Shown one piece after another: positions 39,538 through 52,666 of a stretch of 64,000 bases of DNA. The position numbers and the translations under genes were made by a program. The stretch's first letter is position 1; every line of letters begins with the position of its first letter. Below the pieces are notes generated by a model that saw only the letters and a list, made by a program, of their open reading frames with translations, had not been told where the DNA came from and did no database searches. The stretch covers positions 8,928,001 through 8,992,000 of the forward strand of contig CP158635.1 of the NCBI GenBank assembly GCA_050273025.1, given 5' to 3'. This DNA comes from Cenococcum geophilum (taxonomy: Eukaryota).

Positions 39538-40098
39538 GATATACTTTATTTTGGAAATAGATTTAATAAAATATTATTTTATGTGTGGCTTAGAATTAGG
39601 TAATTAAAGTGGCTCGCTTGGGGGGTGTCTCGTTGCCTGCGTAGGCAAATCGGCGCGGAGCTTGTCGGTTCGTGGGGCAGTAGGGTGCTAGTCATCGTCT
39701 TCGAGTCCAAATTCGTGTTCGAGTTCGAATTCGAGTTCGTAATACCCTTCGGATCATCAACGTAGTATATGTATAAAGGGGGAGGTCGGCATCTAAAGTC
39801 TTTGCACCTTCCCGGTTAGGAAGTTTAGCTTACCGCTCGGCAGAACTTTATATATTTTATTACTAAAGGTTTAAAACTCACATTTAAAACACTAGATATC
39901 TATATAAATAGTTACTAAGAAAGTAGGAAGAGGGTACTGATGAGATATTACTACTTAACTAGAGGACCTTATAGAGTCGGTGGCGGAGCCAGAATAGAAC
40001 AGGAACTTATAGACGTAGATAACTTTAAAACTAACCAGCTTATTATTATCCAAAGCTTTAAATACAAGTTTCAAGCCTTTAGTAATAAAATATATAAT

Positions 40099-40358
40099 TG
40101 TGAGGCATATTGCCAGGGTGTATGGTAGGGAGCAGGCAAGCCGAACATGAGTCACAGGAGAGTCGATGGAAGAGGACGACATGGCAAAGAGTAGGGTAGG
40201 GCAATACCCTCGTACAGAGACGAAACGATAACGAGAGGAAGGGCTGCAAGCCCGAGGAGCTTATAAGGAGGTGCCAAGGCCTAGCCGAAGGCTAGCCCGG
40301 GCAGCCCCTGAGGCTTCCTAGGCGATGCACTCGAGTAAGGGATAAAATATCTCTTACA
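40099..40358. repeat. Solo LTR (260 bp)
   Basis: TGTGAG...CTTACA termini. Perfect 5-bp TSD ATAAT. Confidence 0.8.
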
Positions 40359-40706
40359 ATAATGTTCTGCCAGACGGTAAGCCAAACTTCCTGATCGGGA
40401 AGGTGCAAAGACTTAAGAGAGCGACATCCGTACCAGGCTTTAATTATTGAATTAACAATGTAATGATTCGAAATCGTGAAACCAATGACGAAAACTTTGT
40501 TCAACCTACCCAATATCCTAAACTACCGCAATACTATATTTATATTTAAAGCTTCAAGTCAAACCTCAGGTGTACGGCAGAACGACTAACCGTCAATAAA
40601 TGCAGTTAATTGATTGGTCGAGCTCTGACCACAAGTTATTGGACGGGTTTAACTGTGCAAGGGATAACCTTCCTACCTTTGTCCTTGTATTCTCGGTAGG
40701 GGTATA

Positions 40707-41044
40707 CAGTAAAATCTCCTTAATACGATATGGGGTATATAACGATAACCTCTACATTACGATCTACACCCCTTAATCAAGCCTTTTTTGGTGTAATATT
40801 ACGATAATCTGACTTTTGGCAATATCGTTAAGCACTTACCACCAATATCGGTATAACCAGTAGAGAATTTGTATGGGAGAGGGCCCTATTTAGCCCGCGA
40901 GGTAGACATCCTAAGCCTTTTTAGGTATTAAGCTCCTCTTTTTCCTACTTATTCACCCAACACGTGACTCTCAATATAACAATACCATTGGTATTACGAT
41001 ACGATCGGCCGAACAAACTGTATCGTACTAAAGAGATTTTACTG
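40707..41044. mobile_element. pogo-type MITE (338 bp)
   Basis: TA|CAGTAAAATCTCCTTAATACGATA ... TATCGTACTAAAGAGATTTTACTG|TA. Confidence 0.8.
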
Positions 41045-41769
41045 TAGCCTTGTATACTCGTTCGTATGTGCGGCAAGCTCTTTAAGTAAGTTGTCCGTCC
41101 ATATAAGCCTGAATAATGCAAGAGGATCAATAGGATTAACTTGTAGTGGTGGGTTTGGTGCGCCATCAGTGTACAGAGGGTCAATAGGAAAGGGGTTGAA
41201 ATTAGGCTGTGGCTAGGGCTCGGGCGGTGGAATTTTGGCCTTCTTGTGCTTTGGAACAATATATTAATCAGGTTTAACAAGGCCTGCATCATCGGAAGTA
41301 CGTTTACGACCCTCTGTGGTGGTTTAATTAATATACAAAGCTATAGATACTACGGCGGAGCCGCGTGTTATTCGCGTACGGGCCTCAATAGCGCTTGGGA
41401 TAACTCAGCAATGACCCCTACCGTATCATAGCCTGTTCTCTATTACAACGTTGCAGGGACTTCTATTTGTAAGGGTAGACGCTATGCAGGCATTGTGTCA
41501 GCACGAGCGATACAAAATCCCTTGATGATTCGGCAATTGACTTTCTCTAGTGATTCTGCCTCTATTTCTAGTGCGGGAATTCCCATCGTCATGAAAGCGT
41601 TTCCTTGAACGTAAGGGCCCTGCAGTTGTAAGCTGCGACTGGATACTGCGGTATTTCGGCATTCCTTACCCACTATGCAGTTATAAGAACCTGAAAAGCT
41701 CGAAGACTTTTGGGTTTCAGTGTCTACAAGCACATCTTTAATCTGCAGTATACAGTCTACGGTCTACAA

Positions 41770-44397
41770 ATGTCTATTTTACTTGTGACCGCTATCTTAT
41801 TGTTTGGGAGTGAAGTATTGGCACTCTTCCCGGACTGTGTCAATGGCCCATTAAGGAATAATACAGTCTGTGACACGTCAGCCTGTAAGTTTCCTTTGAT
41901 CACCCACGAGCCCCATTGTCTGCATCAATGCTGAGAAGTACTAAACCAGCTTCTCTCTCAAGAGCAACTGCTCTGATCTCCCTCTTCACTATCGAAGAAA
42001 AGCTCATCAACACCGGCAATACAAGTCCGGGAGTGCCCCGTCTTGGACTACCACCCTATCAGTGGTGGCAAGAGGCCCTTCATGGTGTTGCATCATCACC
42101 TGGTGTTAAATTCTCAGATTCTGGAGATTACAGCTATGCTACTTCATTCCCGCAACCTATATTGATGGGCGCTGCCTTCGATGATTCCCTCATTACTGAT
42201 GTGGCTACCGTAGTTAGTACTGAGGTACGTGCATTTAATAATGCAAACCGGGCCGGGCTAGATTTTTGGACGCCAAATATTAACCCCTTCAAAGATCCAC
42301 GGTGGGGTAGAGGCCAAGGCAAGTATCTGCATTAATGTCCAGCAAGGGCCTGAGGAATAAACGGTTACTAAAGCTTATGATTTAGAAACGCCGGGAGAAG
42401 ACCCATTTCATTTGTCGTCGTACGTACATGCTTTAATTAATGGGTTGCAAGGCGGGTATGATCCGAAGTACAAACGTATAGTAGCAACCTGCAAGCATTT
42501 CGCCGGTATACTAAGAATCCTTTTACCCACGACATCTGTCCGCTCCCGCTAAAATTCTGCAATAGGTTATGACATAGAAAGCTGGAATGGTAATTTCAGG
42601 TATCAATTTGATGCTCAAATGCAAATCCAAGATATGGTAGAGTATTATCTACCACCCTTTCAAAGTTGCGCCCGTGATTCCAACGTTGGCGCTTTCATGT
42701 GCTCCTACAGTCAGTCTCGGCCAATCTCTCCGCCTTTTAAAATTCTAGAGCTAAATATGGTAGATGCTGTAAATGGAGTCCCAACATGTGCGGATCCCTA
42801 TCTGCTACAGAACATACTCCGCGAGCACTGGGGTTGGACGAACGAGCAACAGTGGGTTGTTAGTGATTGCGATGCAGTCCAAAACATTTATCTCCCTCAC
42901 GAGTGGGCTTCATCCCGCGAACAGGCAGTGGCAGATGCTTTGAACGCAGGAACAGACATCAACTGCGGCACCTACTATCAAAATCATCTTCCAGCAGCCT
43001 TTGCTCAGGGCCTTTTCAACGAATCTACGTTAGACCGAGCTCTTATCCGGCAGTATTCCTCTCTCATACGTCTTGGGTATTTTGATCCACCGGAATCCCA
43101 ACCATATCGTCAGTACGATTTTAGTAACGTTAATACCCCCGAAGCTCAACAGCTTGCATACAGGGCTGCAGTTGAGGGTATAACTTTACTCAAGAACGAT
43201 GGCCTTCTTCCGCTTTCTCTCAGCCCCAGCTCTTCAATTGCCCTTATTGGAGATTGGGCAGATGCCACTCAGCAAATGCAGGGCAATTATTATGGGCGGC
43301 CTCCATACCTCCACAGTCCACTCTACGCCGCGCGGCAATTGAATGTAACTGTAAACTATGCCCAGGGCATTGGAGGTCAGGGAGATCCAACGACGGACAA
43401 TTGGCGTCCTGTTTGGCAGGCTGCAGAGGCGAGCGACCTGATCATCTTCGCCGGAGGAATCGACAACTCTGTCGAATCAGAAGGAAATGATCGCGTATCT
43501 ATCGCCTGGAGTGGCGGGCAGCTCGATATGATCGGTCAGCTAGCCATATATGGCAAGCCTATGATCGTGCTCCAAATGGGTGGCGGGCAGATCGACTCCT
43601 CCCCGCTTGTCAATAATCCGAATATCTCCGCACTCCTCTGGGGAGGGTACCCAGGCCAAGATGGCGGCGTCGCGCTATTCGATATCATCACTGGCAAGGC
43701 GGCGCCTGCTGGCCGTCTGCCTACGACGCAGTATCCAGCTTCTTACATCCACGAGGTTCCAATGACAGACATGTCCCTCCGACCTGGGCCGCACAACCCG
43801 GGGAGAACATACAAGTGGTACAACGGCACTGCTGTCTTCGAATTTGGCAGTGGACTGCATTACACCAATTTTACGGCGCAGATTCAATCTTCCCTTCAAC
43901 AGAGCTATAGCATTTCCACCCTCCTCGCCACATGCCGCGCGAGCAACGCAACCTACCTAGATCGCTGCCCCTTCTCTCCGTCTACTCTCGAAGTAACCAT
44001 CAGCAACACAGGTAACGTGAGCTCCGACTACGTTACCCTCCTCTTTCTCACCGGGTCTTTCGGGCCTGCACCCTATCCTAAGAAATCGCTGGTGGCGTAC
44101 CAGCGCCTCTTTTCTATATCTCCGCAATCAACGAGCACTGCTAATCTCAATCTTACGCTTGGCTCGTTAGCGAGAGTGGATGAACAGGGAAATAAAGTGC
44201 TTTACCCTGGCGATTATGCGCTGATGGTTGATATTCAGCCTATGGCTATGGTCAATTTCACGCTGACAGGTAATCCGGTGGTGTTGGACGAGTGGCCACA
44301 GCCGCCAAAGAATAGAAAGGGGAGTGGAGTCGAAGGGCTAGAAGGGTATTTTGCGGGAGGGTATGGCAGCGATGTGGCGCAGGAGACGGTGTCATAA
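41770..44397 (+). CDS. bxlB: Secreted GH3 exo-1,4-beta-xylosidase
   Basis: Signal peptide, then FPDCVNGPL, WWQEALHGVA, FWTPNINPFKDPRWGRGQ|ETPGED, ATCKHFA, MCSY, VVSDCDAV (nucleophile Asp) and an FN3-like C-terminus. Four introns. Confidence 0.93.
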
Positions 44398-45651
44398 TGC
44401 ATAATGTAGTTCTGTATGGTTGGAAATGAGCTGAGCTCTGCTTGTGTACAGTTTGTTGGACGCATATCATGTGGAGTAGCGTAGATCAAAAGCGATTGAT
44501 CTTTCCCGCTAAGAGTGCAACTTGCCCAATCCCCGTAAGCCGCATCTCGGGGAATAATTGGGGCTCGTCTATTTAGGTCGAAAAGGTACTTGGCTTCAGT
44601 ATAGATCCCGTTTAGGAGCGCAGCTGTTATTTGTACAACATGGAAATCTGGTTGGAACCGCACTGAGGTGTTCCAGCTGTAGTGAACCGCTCCGCTCCGC
44701 AATCATGCCTGGGTATGAAATGATGACCACTCTGGTAGGAGGAGCTCTACATGCATTCGGAAGAATTTTATGAGCAATTGGCCGCATGCGTCCGAAATAT
44801 CTAGTCTATATGTAGATGTCACGTTTTTTTTTTTCGATTCATCGTCGATCTGAAAGAGACATACAACGAACGGACTACCTCTTTTTGCTGGGTTAAAAAG
44901 GAGGAACCCCAAAGCTAACATGACATGTCCGATATGTGCAAAATAGGTGCCTAGTAGAAAAATAGATAAAAGAAAAGTTAGAAGCGATTGCTGATTGATT
45001 TCTCAAGCCCCTCGGCGCTTCCGCCATATGCATAGCTCGTCAATAGTTGTACCTGCATAACCTTGCATGCACGTAACCTTGGAATGTCCTACGATCTGGA
45101 ATTTTTTGTGCTTGCAGGCGCGGGCAAGGCATTTGGGTAGGTCTGGCCAGCGCCTCAAATTGTAGGAGTCATCCATAAATTTCGCAATTCTGGAGTGCTC
45201 GCTCGTCATCCCATATATCCCTCATTGTAGGATTGGAGTTCAGAGCGGTGTATGATGGCGGCCATTCGCCATTCGACTTTAAGTACTGCTGCCATTCCTC
45301 GTACGCAGCCAAAGCGAATCTATCCCACGCAAGATGTCAATTCTGAGAATGAGTGTCCGGTTCTTCGACATGATCCAATAACACGAGCGTCAGCGGCTCG
45401 ACAGTCAGAACTATTCCAGTGTCTCAATTTTACCGGGTGTAGTTCTGTCGGCCGTACTATGTGTCAGCTTTCGAAGCTGGTGGATATAGAAATGCAGCTA
45501 TCGAGTGTTCCCCATGGTGGTGATGTATTGTTGAGGCAAGGTGAGAAAACTCGAGATCCCTCTCACGCCACCAAAAAAAATTCGGGCCGAGCCGAGGTCA
45601 GGGGTTTCGCCAAAGCTCTGGTCCCACCTCGAAGATTAAAACAATCTTCTC

Positions 45652-48615
45652 ATGTCGTCCATTGGCTCATTACAGCATGCGCTGACAGATCCACGCGGGG
45701 TAGAAGATACCACAGTTCATTATGAACCAACTATGGACGACGATGGTCGACCAACCGCGGCGACCAAGCCAGTGGCCACCCCTGCCTTATTTCATCGCAT
45801 GAGGCACGACAAATCCATTCTTGCGCTCGTTGTCTCTAAGGCGTATATTTTTGCTGGTACACAGGTTGGGGAGGTTCTAGTGTACAGTCTCGATACTTAT
45901 GAGCGTGTTACTGTCATTGAGGGACACAGAGGGAGTGTGCTGGGGCTTGGCTTATCACACGACCAAGAGCTCCTCTTCTCAAGCGCCGGAGATCGGATAG
46001 TTAATGTAAGCTTGTGGCTACAGCAATCTAGCTCACTACTTATTCTACCGCTAGGTTTGGAGCACGCGAACTTTCTCACGGGTATACTCCATATACTCCA
46101 CCTACGACGTTGGCGACATATTCTGCGTCTCGTATTCCTCCACCCTCCAGACGGTATACTTGGGCGCTCAGAACACAAGCATACAGGTATTATGGGCCCA
46201 ACGGAAACTCATAGACTGACACTGATATTTGGACAGTGGTATGACTTGAAGGAAAAGGACACGCGACCACGGCCTAAACCCACATCACACCCCTCGTTTC
46301 GAGAAGACAGATTCTTTGACTCATCTGGACCAGGAGGAGTCCGAACGCCAAGACGCCAGTCAGTTGAAGGAGGTCCTCGGCATGCTACAGGCGGACGCTT
46401 ACTTGAGATCGACAAACAATATATACGTCAGTTTGCACACTTTGGGTACGTGTATTGCATGCTATTGGCTCGAGGGATAATATCGGATGATCCAAGTGAG
46501 GAAATACTCATCTCAGGCGGCGGAGATGGCGTCATCCGGTTGTGGGGTTTGGATGCCAAACGTGGAGGTGCTATCTACGAACTCCATAGGCTCGAGGATG
46601 GAAGAGAAGAGGGAGAGTCTATCTTGACACTTGCATTGGATGGAACATTTCTCTATAGTGGACGTCTTGATGGGGAAATAAACGTCTGGGACCTCGAGAC
46701 CAAGCAGCTTGTGCGAAGCTTGAAGGCTAAGACTGGTGATGTCCTGACTCTGAGTGTGGGTGGTGGGTATCTATTTAGTGCTGGAGTTACTGGAATTGTT
46801 CAGGTAAGCGTATGCATGGCCCCCTGATCTATAGGATACTGAAAATCCTACAGAAATTCAACCGTCAATATGAGAGCGTTAGCAAATTTCAAGCACACAA
46901 CCATCTTATCTTGGCGTCAACTTTCACTATATATAACGACCGACCTATTTTCGTGACTGGAGGAAATGATAACACTGTAGCGATCTGGGATGTGCGTGAT
47001 TGCGTCTCTGCCCCCGCTAGTGGGAAGAAGACTAGCAATGGTAAGTCCCTTCCAATTAAAAGCCATCTACATTGTCGCTGACATTGATCCCACAGAGCAT
47101 TTATTTGAAAGTCTAAAGCAATTTGTTTCCTACCGTACGGTGTCTTCTGATCCACGATACAAAGGGGACTGTCGGAGAGGTGCCTCGTACCTTCGATCAG
47201 TATTCAAGAATTTCGGGGCAGCTACTGAGATGCTGAATGCCGAAGACCCTTATAATCCAATCATTCTTGCAAAATTCAGAGGTAATCCTGCCAAATCGGC
47301 ATCACGAAAGAAAATTCTATTCTATGGCCATTACGATGTCATTCCAGCCGAAAATGAACAGGGCAAATGGATCACCGATCCGTTCTCGATGCAAGGAATT
47401 GACGGATATTTGTATGGACGCGGGGCATCCGACAATAAAGGACCAATCATGGCCGCAATATATGCTGTGGCTGATCTAATTGCAGATCAGACACTAGACT
47501 CGGATGTCGTTTTCCTAATTGAGGGCGAGGAAGAGTGCGGCTCTCGCGGTTTTGCTGATGCAATTCGCCGTAACAAGAAACTCATTGGTGATATCGATTG
47601 GATCCTTTTAGCCAATAGCTATTGGCTTGACGATCATGTTCCTTGCCTTACATACGGCTTGCGTGGAGTAATTCATGCTACAGTACAAGTCGAAAGCAAA
47701 CACCCCGACCTCCATAGCGGAGTCGACGGGAGTGCTATGTTGGATGAATCCCTCAAAGATCTGGTAATGCTTCTCGCCAAACTCACCGGTACCCACGGGA
47801 GAGTGCAAATTCCATGTTTCTATGATCCTATTCTGCCACTCAGCCACGAAGAGAAAACACTATATGCGGACATTACACAAACGCTACTTCGAGGAAATCC
47901 TGATCTCGGTGATCCGGAAGAGCTTGCAACGTCGCTAATGCGACGTTGGCGAGAAGCATCTTTGACCATCCACCGTTTTCAAACATCGGGTCCAGAAAAC
48001 TCAACAATTATCCCAAGGCTAGCTCGTGCCTCGCTTTCCCTACGTCTCGTGCCAAACCAAGAGTCTGCCGAAATTGCGGGGATGCTCACCAGCTTCTTAC
48101 ATTCTGAATTCGACAAACTTGGCTCTCAGAACCGACTCACGGTTACAATCGACCACCAAGCCGAGCCATGGCTTGGAGACTTCAATAATGAGATCTTTAA
48201 GACTCTGGAAGAGGCCATTATGAAAGTCTGGGGCCCAACCCAAGGCCGACGAAAAAGCTCGGTGAGCGCGGCCAAGTCACTCACCAAGCAACTTGGCTTC
48301 ACTTCCTCTAAACCTTCTCCTGCAACATCGAACACACTCGCAAATAGTAGTACTAGCGTCGGTGACGATGTGCCGAACGATAATGAGTCTAGCCAGCCGA
48401 CAACTCTGGCCAGAAAACCACTGTATATCCGTGAAGGTGGCTCCATCCCATCAATTCGCTTCCTAGAGAAGGAATTTGGCGCTCCGGCAGCGCATCTGCC
48501 GTGTGGCCAGGCAAGCGATAGCGCGCATTTGGACAACGAAAGGCTACGATTGCTGAATTTGTACAAGAGTAAGGATATCTTTAAAAAGGTGTTCAGGGAC
48601 TTGCCAAAGAAGTAG
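45652..48615 (+). CDS. DUG2: Dug2-like di-/tripeptidase (WD40 repeats + M20 metallopeptidase), glutathione degradosome subunit
   Basis: WD40 repeats (GH..SVL..LFSSAGD; LISGGGDGVIRLW) followed by the M20 motifs YGHYDV, GRGASDNKGP, EGEEE, REGGSIP, AHLDNE. Several GT-AG introns. Start is 45652 or 45732. Confidence 0.92.
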
Positions 48616-49020
48616 ACGGTTTTTTGAATGGAGTATTCTTGCTTTTGGGTTGGTCTTGGAAAATTATGGTACTTTGATGGCGGTGCTGGTTGGAGTTAGA
48701 GTTCTGGGCTCTTATACCCTTGTTCAGTCCTTTGGAAATGGAGAAATTGTAAATTGTGCAGTCGATTAATGCAAGTCTGCTGTATCACTCAAGAGACGTC
48801 TTGGCGATTCTTCTGACTCGCCAGAAGTACTTTGGACAGCCTTTTAGACGCCTTTAGTTAGAGCATATAATCTGCAGCAACAGGACATATCCTGCGTATA
48901 GGGCTAAAATACGTGGGAAGAACCATTCGATTAGTCCTCGCCACTCTAAATTTAATCCAGACAACATGAAATAATTTAAAACTCAAATATATAGACAAAC
49001 CGGCATGTTTTTCTTCAGTA

Positions 49021-49312
49021 TGTAAGAGCCGTTCATGAGGGCACAACTAGGGCGCCAGAAACCGAGTGGACGCCTTAATGAGGCAGGTGATAGGTGCCCT
49101 TATCTCATAAATCAGACGGATCGTTGGTGCGCACGGACGTTTGTACTGCTCCCTATCCAACGAATTTTCCACGGGGGTCCGAGAGCTTATGGTCCAAGCT
49201 TTGGTGGTAGTCGAAAGTTGCCAGGTGAACGGTAGGGAGCAGGCAAGCCGAGCAAGAGTCACAGGAGAGTCGATGTAAGAGGACAATATGGTAAAGAGTA
49301 TGGGCTCTTAAA
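49021..49312. repeat. Solo-LTR-like remnant
   Basis: TGTAAGAGCC...GGCTCTTAAA termini. ~70 bp shared with the solo LTR at 40099. No clear TSD. Confidence 0.55.
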
Positions 49313-49829
49313 ATATAAGGAGCAGACGAGTGTATTCTTGCCCCGTAACTAAGCACGTGCTAAGTTAACTAAGTTCGGTTAAATTCTGCTACGGAGCGTC
49401 TGATTTACGAGATAACACTCACCAATCGTCGCTGGGAGAAACATGTCCCGCATCCCGCAGGTGCGTGCCGCTGTGTTCCGCGCTAGCTAATGGAAGGATC
49501 CTTGTTCCTATATGGTGGCTTGAATTCGTCCTCGCTCCCGTGTTCCCTAGCTGAAATAATGCGGCTCGAGGACATGTCACAGTTCCTATGATACATTAGC
49601 GCAGGCCGCCCGGTGACTGGGCTGGCCCTGCTCTCAGGTTTCTCACTGCCCCAACTCGAAGACAAGCTTTTGCTGCAAACCAATCAGTACTTGTGCGGAG
49701 ACCCGCGTGCAAATCGCGTAGATTTCATACAGACAACCAAACCTACAATTGCGCATGGAAGCCATCCTTGGGAACCTCCCAACGCAAGGATGGAACGCAA
49801 AATGCATCACGGATCTACCGTTATAGGAA

Positions 49830-51775
49830 GACCAAAACTTCACGAAAGGTCTAATTCACCTGGTTGACGCGAACGGGCAGCCCATATCACAGATCACTAA
49901 TGACACGTGGGGAGTCACGATCGCCGACTGTTACAAGTACTGCAATATGAGCGCGATCCCATATGTACTGACCCCAAAACACGCAATTGCTAGTTGAAGA
50001 CATTTCTATAAGTCTCCAGAAGCTAATGCACCGCCCAGAGTTTCGATTTCCAGCAATTTGCTGCCTCTTTCTCCAACTATCTACTTCCATGGTTAGCACT
50101 CACGGCACAACTGCCCTACGAAACCGCCACGCCATGGGGAAATATGATGAGCTTCTGCCTTGCAGTCGGTAGTCCGACCATGATCACATACTCGCTGACG
50201 CTCACCATCCTCAACCGATACTGGGTGCGCGAGCGGTTCCACAAGTTGTCCATGAAAGCGCAGTCGCACGCTGTGCATGACAAATACGCTGAATACAGCG
50301 ACCGGGTGCGTGCGATCCAATATCTGCTCCAGGAAGCGCAGCAAGTGCCTCTCCGGGCATCGCAGGAGAAGGGATGGTTGAGTAGTCTACTAGTTGCGCC
50401 GAAGAATCAGACATGGTGGCGGAACGTGCAAAAGAGGTTAAGAACGACAAGAAGAGGAGTTACGTTTTCGCTCGTTGCACAGATCCTGGCCGCTGCAATT
50501 GCGTGGTTATTCACCGTCAGCAGCTCATTCATAACCTCAACAGGTGATATAGTTGTTGCGTATCAGCTGTCCTCGAGTAGTTTGTGGACGTGGTTGGTAA
50601 GCGGAAACCACCAGTCGTTGAGGGGTGCTCCTTTGCTAATTTGTCCCTAGATTCCTGTCATCTGGGGATGGGTCACGGTCGGAACTCAGGCAAGTGCGGA
50701 CTCGATCGACGAAGCTCTTCACACCGATGATGCCTATCGGGCCAAAGAATCGCCTGTCAGTGATGAAGGTCCTTTTACGGAAGAGGGCGAGCAACTCGGC
50801 ATCGTTGTCCGGACAGGTCTCGCTCTGCAGCCTCATCGCATGCCGACTAACGAGGCTGCGTTTGAAGCTCCTCCAGTGACAAATCTCGAGCTTCCCGGCT
50901 GGTGTGGCGCTGATATCATCGGTGATGAGAGACTAGAAGGTCCCATCTTCAATTATGCACGCGTCTTTACATGGTGGCAGCTGGCCCGCACTATCGAGTC
51001 CGCAACGGCAACTACGCTCGCTGCGCTCGCTAGCGGCAAGACATGCAAGCCAGGATCGTCATGGGACTCTACGAAACGACCTGAGAAGAACTTAGCAGGC
51101 GACCTATGCACCACAGCACAGTACTGCGGCCTAGATCGCGACAGAGCTCCGATTATGGCGTATCCCGAATGGAGTGAGATCGCGGCAGAAGTCTGGAAGC
51201 GCATCTTTGTCGCAGCTCTCTTCGCCGTTTTCGTGCAATGGGGCACAACTGGCCCAGGAATACTAATAGCTTATTACACACCTACCAGAGGAATTGGGTG
51301 CCGGTCAGGCGGCTATGCACTTTACGGCGGTTTTGCTACGCTAGTATGGATACTCCTTACGGCATCGATGTTCTTCTCCCACGCCGCGCTGCTGCGGTAT
51401 CAGCGCGAGCACCGCAATACACCTGCCATAGACTTTCGCAAACATAATACGCGCACCTGGGGCCACTCCGCGCTATGTGGTGCGGCTGTCCTAACCCGCG
51501 TTTTGGGCAAGTTGATAGCGGCGCTGAACGCCTTCTGGTTGGTCTTGAGCTCGCTGCTCGAATACACGGGAGTCTACGATCGGTGCTATTGTAAGGGCGA
51601 TCAGCTGGGGCTTGGCGGCAATGGCTGGTTGGTGCTGTTCAAGACTGACGCTGAGCTAGCACAGTTTGCGACCACACCGTGGGCCGGGGGCGTTGCCATG
51701 AGTGTTATTGTATGCTCCATTACTTATTTTTTCTTCTGGCTGGGTAGCCGGAAGGGATATTTAAGTGGAGCGTAG
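49830..51775 (+). CDS. Uncharacterised multi-pass membrane protein (5' end unresolved)
   Basis: ..CYKYC.. intron ..NYLLPWLALTAQLPY..CLAVGSP.. intron 50597-50650 IPVIWGWVTVGTQ..GPIFNYAR..FVQWGTTG..TPTRGIGCRS. Several hydrophobic helices. Confidence 0.72.
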
Positions 51776-52058
51776 GGTGCAAGCACTGCGGTGAAAGATA
51801 TCCGGGATTTATGTTTGGAAATACTGGACAGCGGAATTGCTACGATATATGCAACTTCGAAATATGCTCTGTGGCTATAAATAGAACCTTTTCTAAGTTG
51901 ATAACTATGACGTGTGTTGAGAGTAGAATAGATACCAGAAACTAGGTACAAACTAGGATAGTGGCACCCTCAGACTTTTTGAAGACGATTTTGCTTGGTG
52001 GATTTACATGATTGGTTCGCAGCTGAAAGATCGTCAGAACTCTCAGCACCCCGAATAT

Positions 52059-52405
52059 AAGTTCTTGCACCTTCCTAATTAGGAAATTAAGCGACTGCGC
52101 ACGCGCAATCACGGGTGCGCAGCTATCAGCCTACCCCACGTAAATTTAGGCACGATCCCGCTACAAATGCGTAATTTTTAGCACTGCTACATAAGCTGCA
52201 ATACCGGCTGCGTAAATTACAGCACTAATAAATTTTAACAAATTTTAAGTTATAATAACTACTTTAATGCTACTAATTATATAATAGCTATAACTTAGAA
52301 TTTATATAAAGCTTATAAAAATTTATATATAAAAAAAAATCTTACTTAATAATATACTAAGAGAGTTAGTAACTTAACCTCCTAATTAGGAAGGTGCAAG
52401 AACTC
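52059..52405. mobile_element. MITE-like element with AT-rich RIP-type interior
   Basis: AGTTCTTGCACCTTCCTAATTAGGA at the left, with an exact reverse complement at 52380-52404. Confidence 0.75.
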
Positions 52406-52666
52406 ATGACAGCGATCTCTGTCGCTCATCCTTTGACGTTCAGCCAGTGACAACGATCGTATCGTAACCCTCGTATTCTGTGGAGGCTGTGTACAAGCGC
52501 ACTAATTTAATTGGCCCACGCGACCTCCTGTCTAGTCTGCGCGTTTTACGAGCCTTATGATATTAACACGGCGTCACCTCAACTAGCCATGCGACAATGT
52601 CGGCCAGAGACTATATGATATTCCGAACTCGCCGAGAGCTCCTCCGGAGCCTCGCTCAACAACACC

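Larger units (their letters stand above)
38130..39645. mobile_element. Degenerate TIR element remnant hosting later insertions
   Basis: CAGGCAGCGAGACCCCAAGCGAGCCA at ~38141-38166 matches the reverse complement of ~39610-39639. Extreme ends imperfect. Confidence 0.4.

Noticed and set aside
40693..41425. Possible TIR pair CGGTAGGGGT / ACCCCTACCG
   Set aside because: Only ~10 bp match and no convincing TSD on the left.
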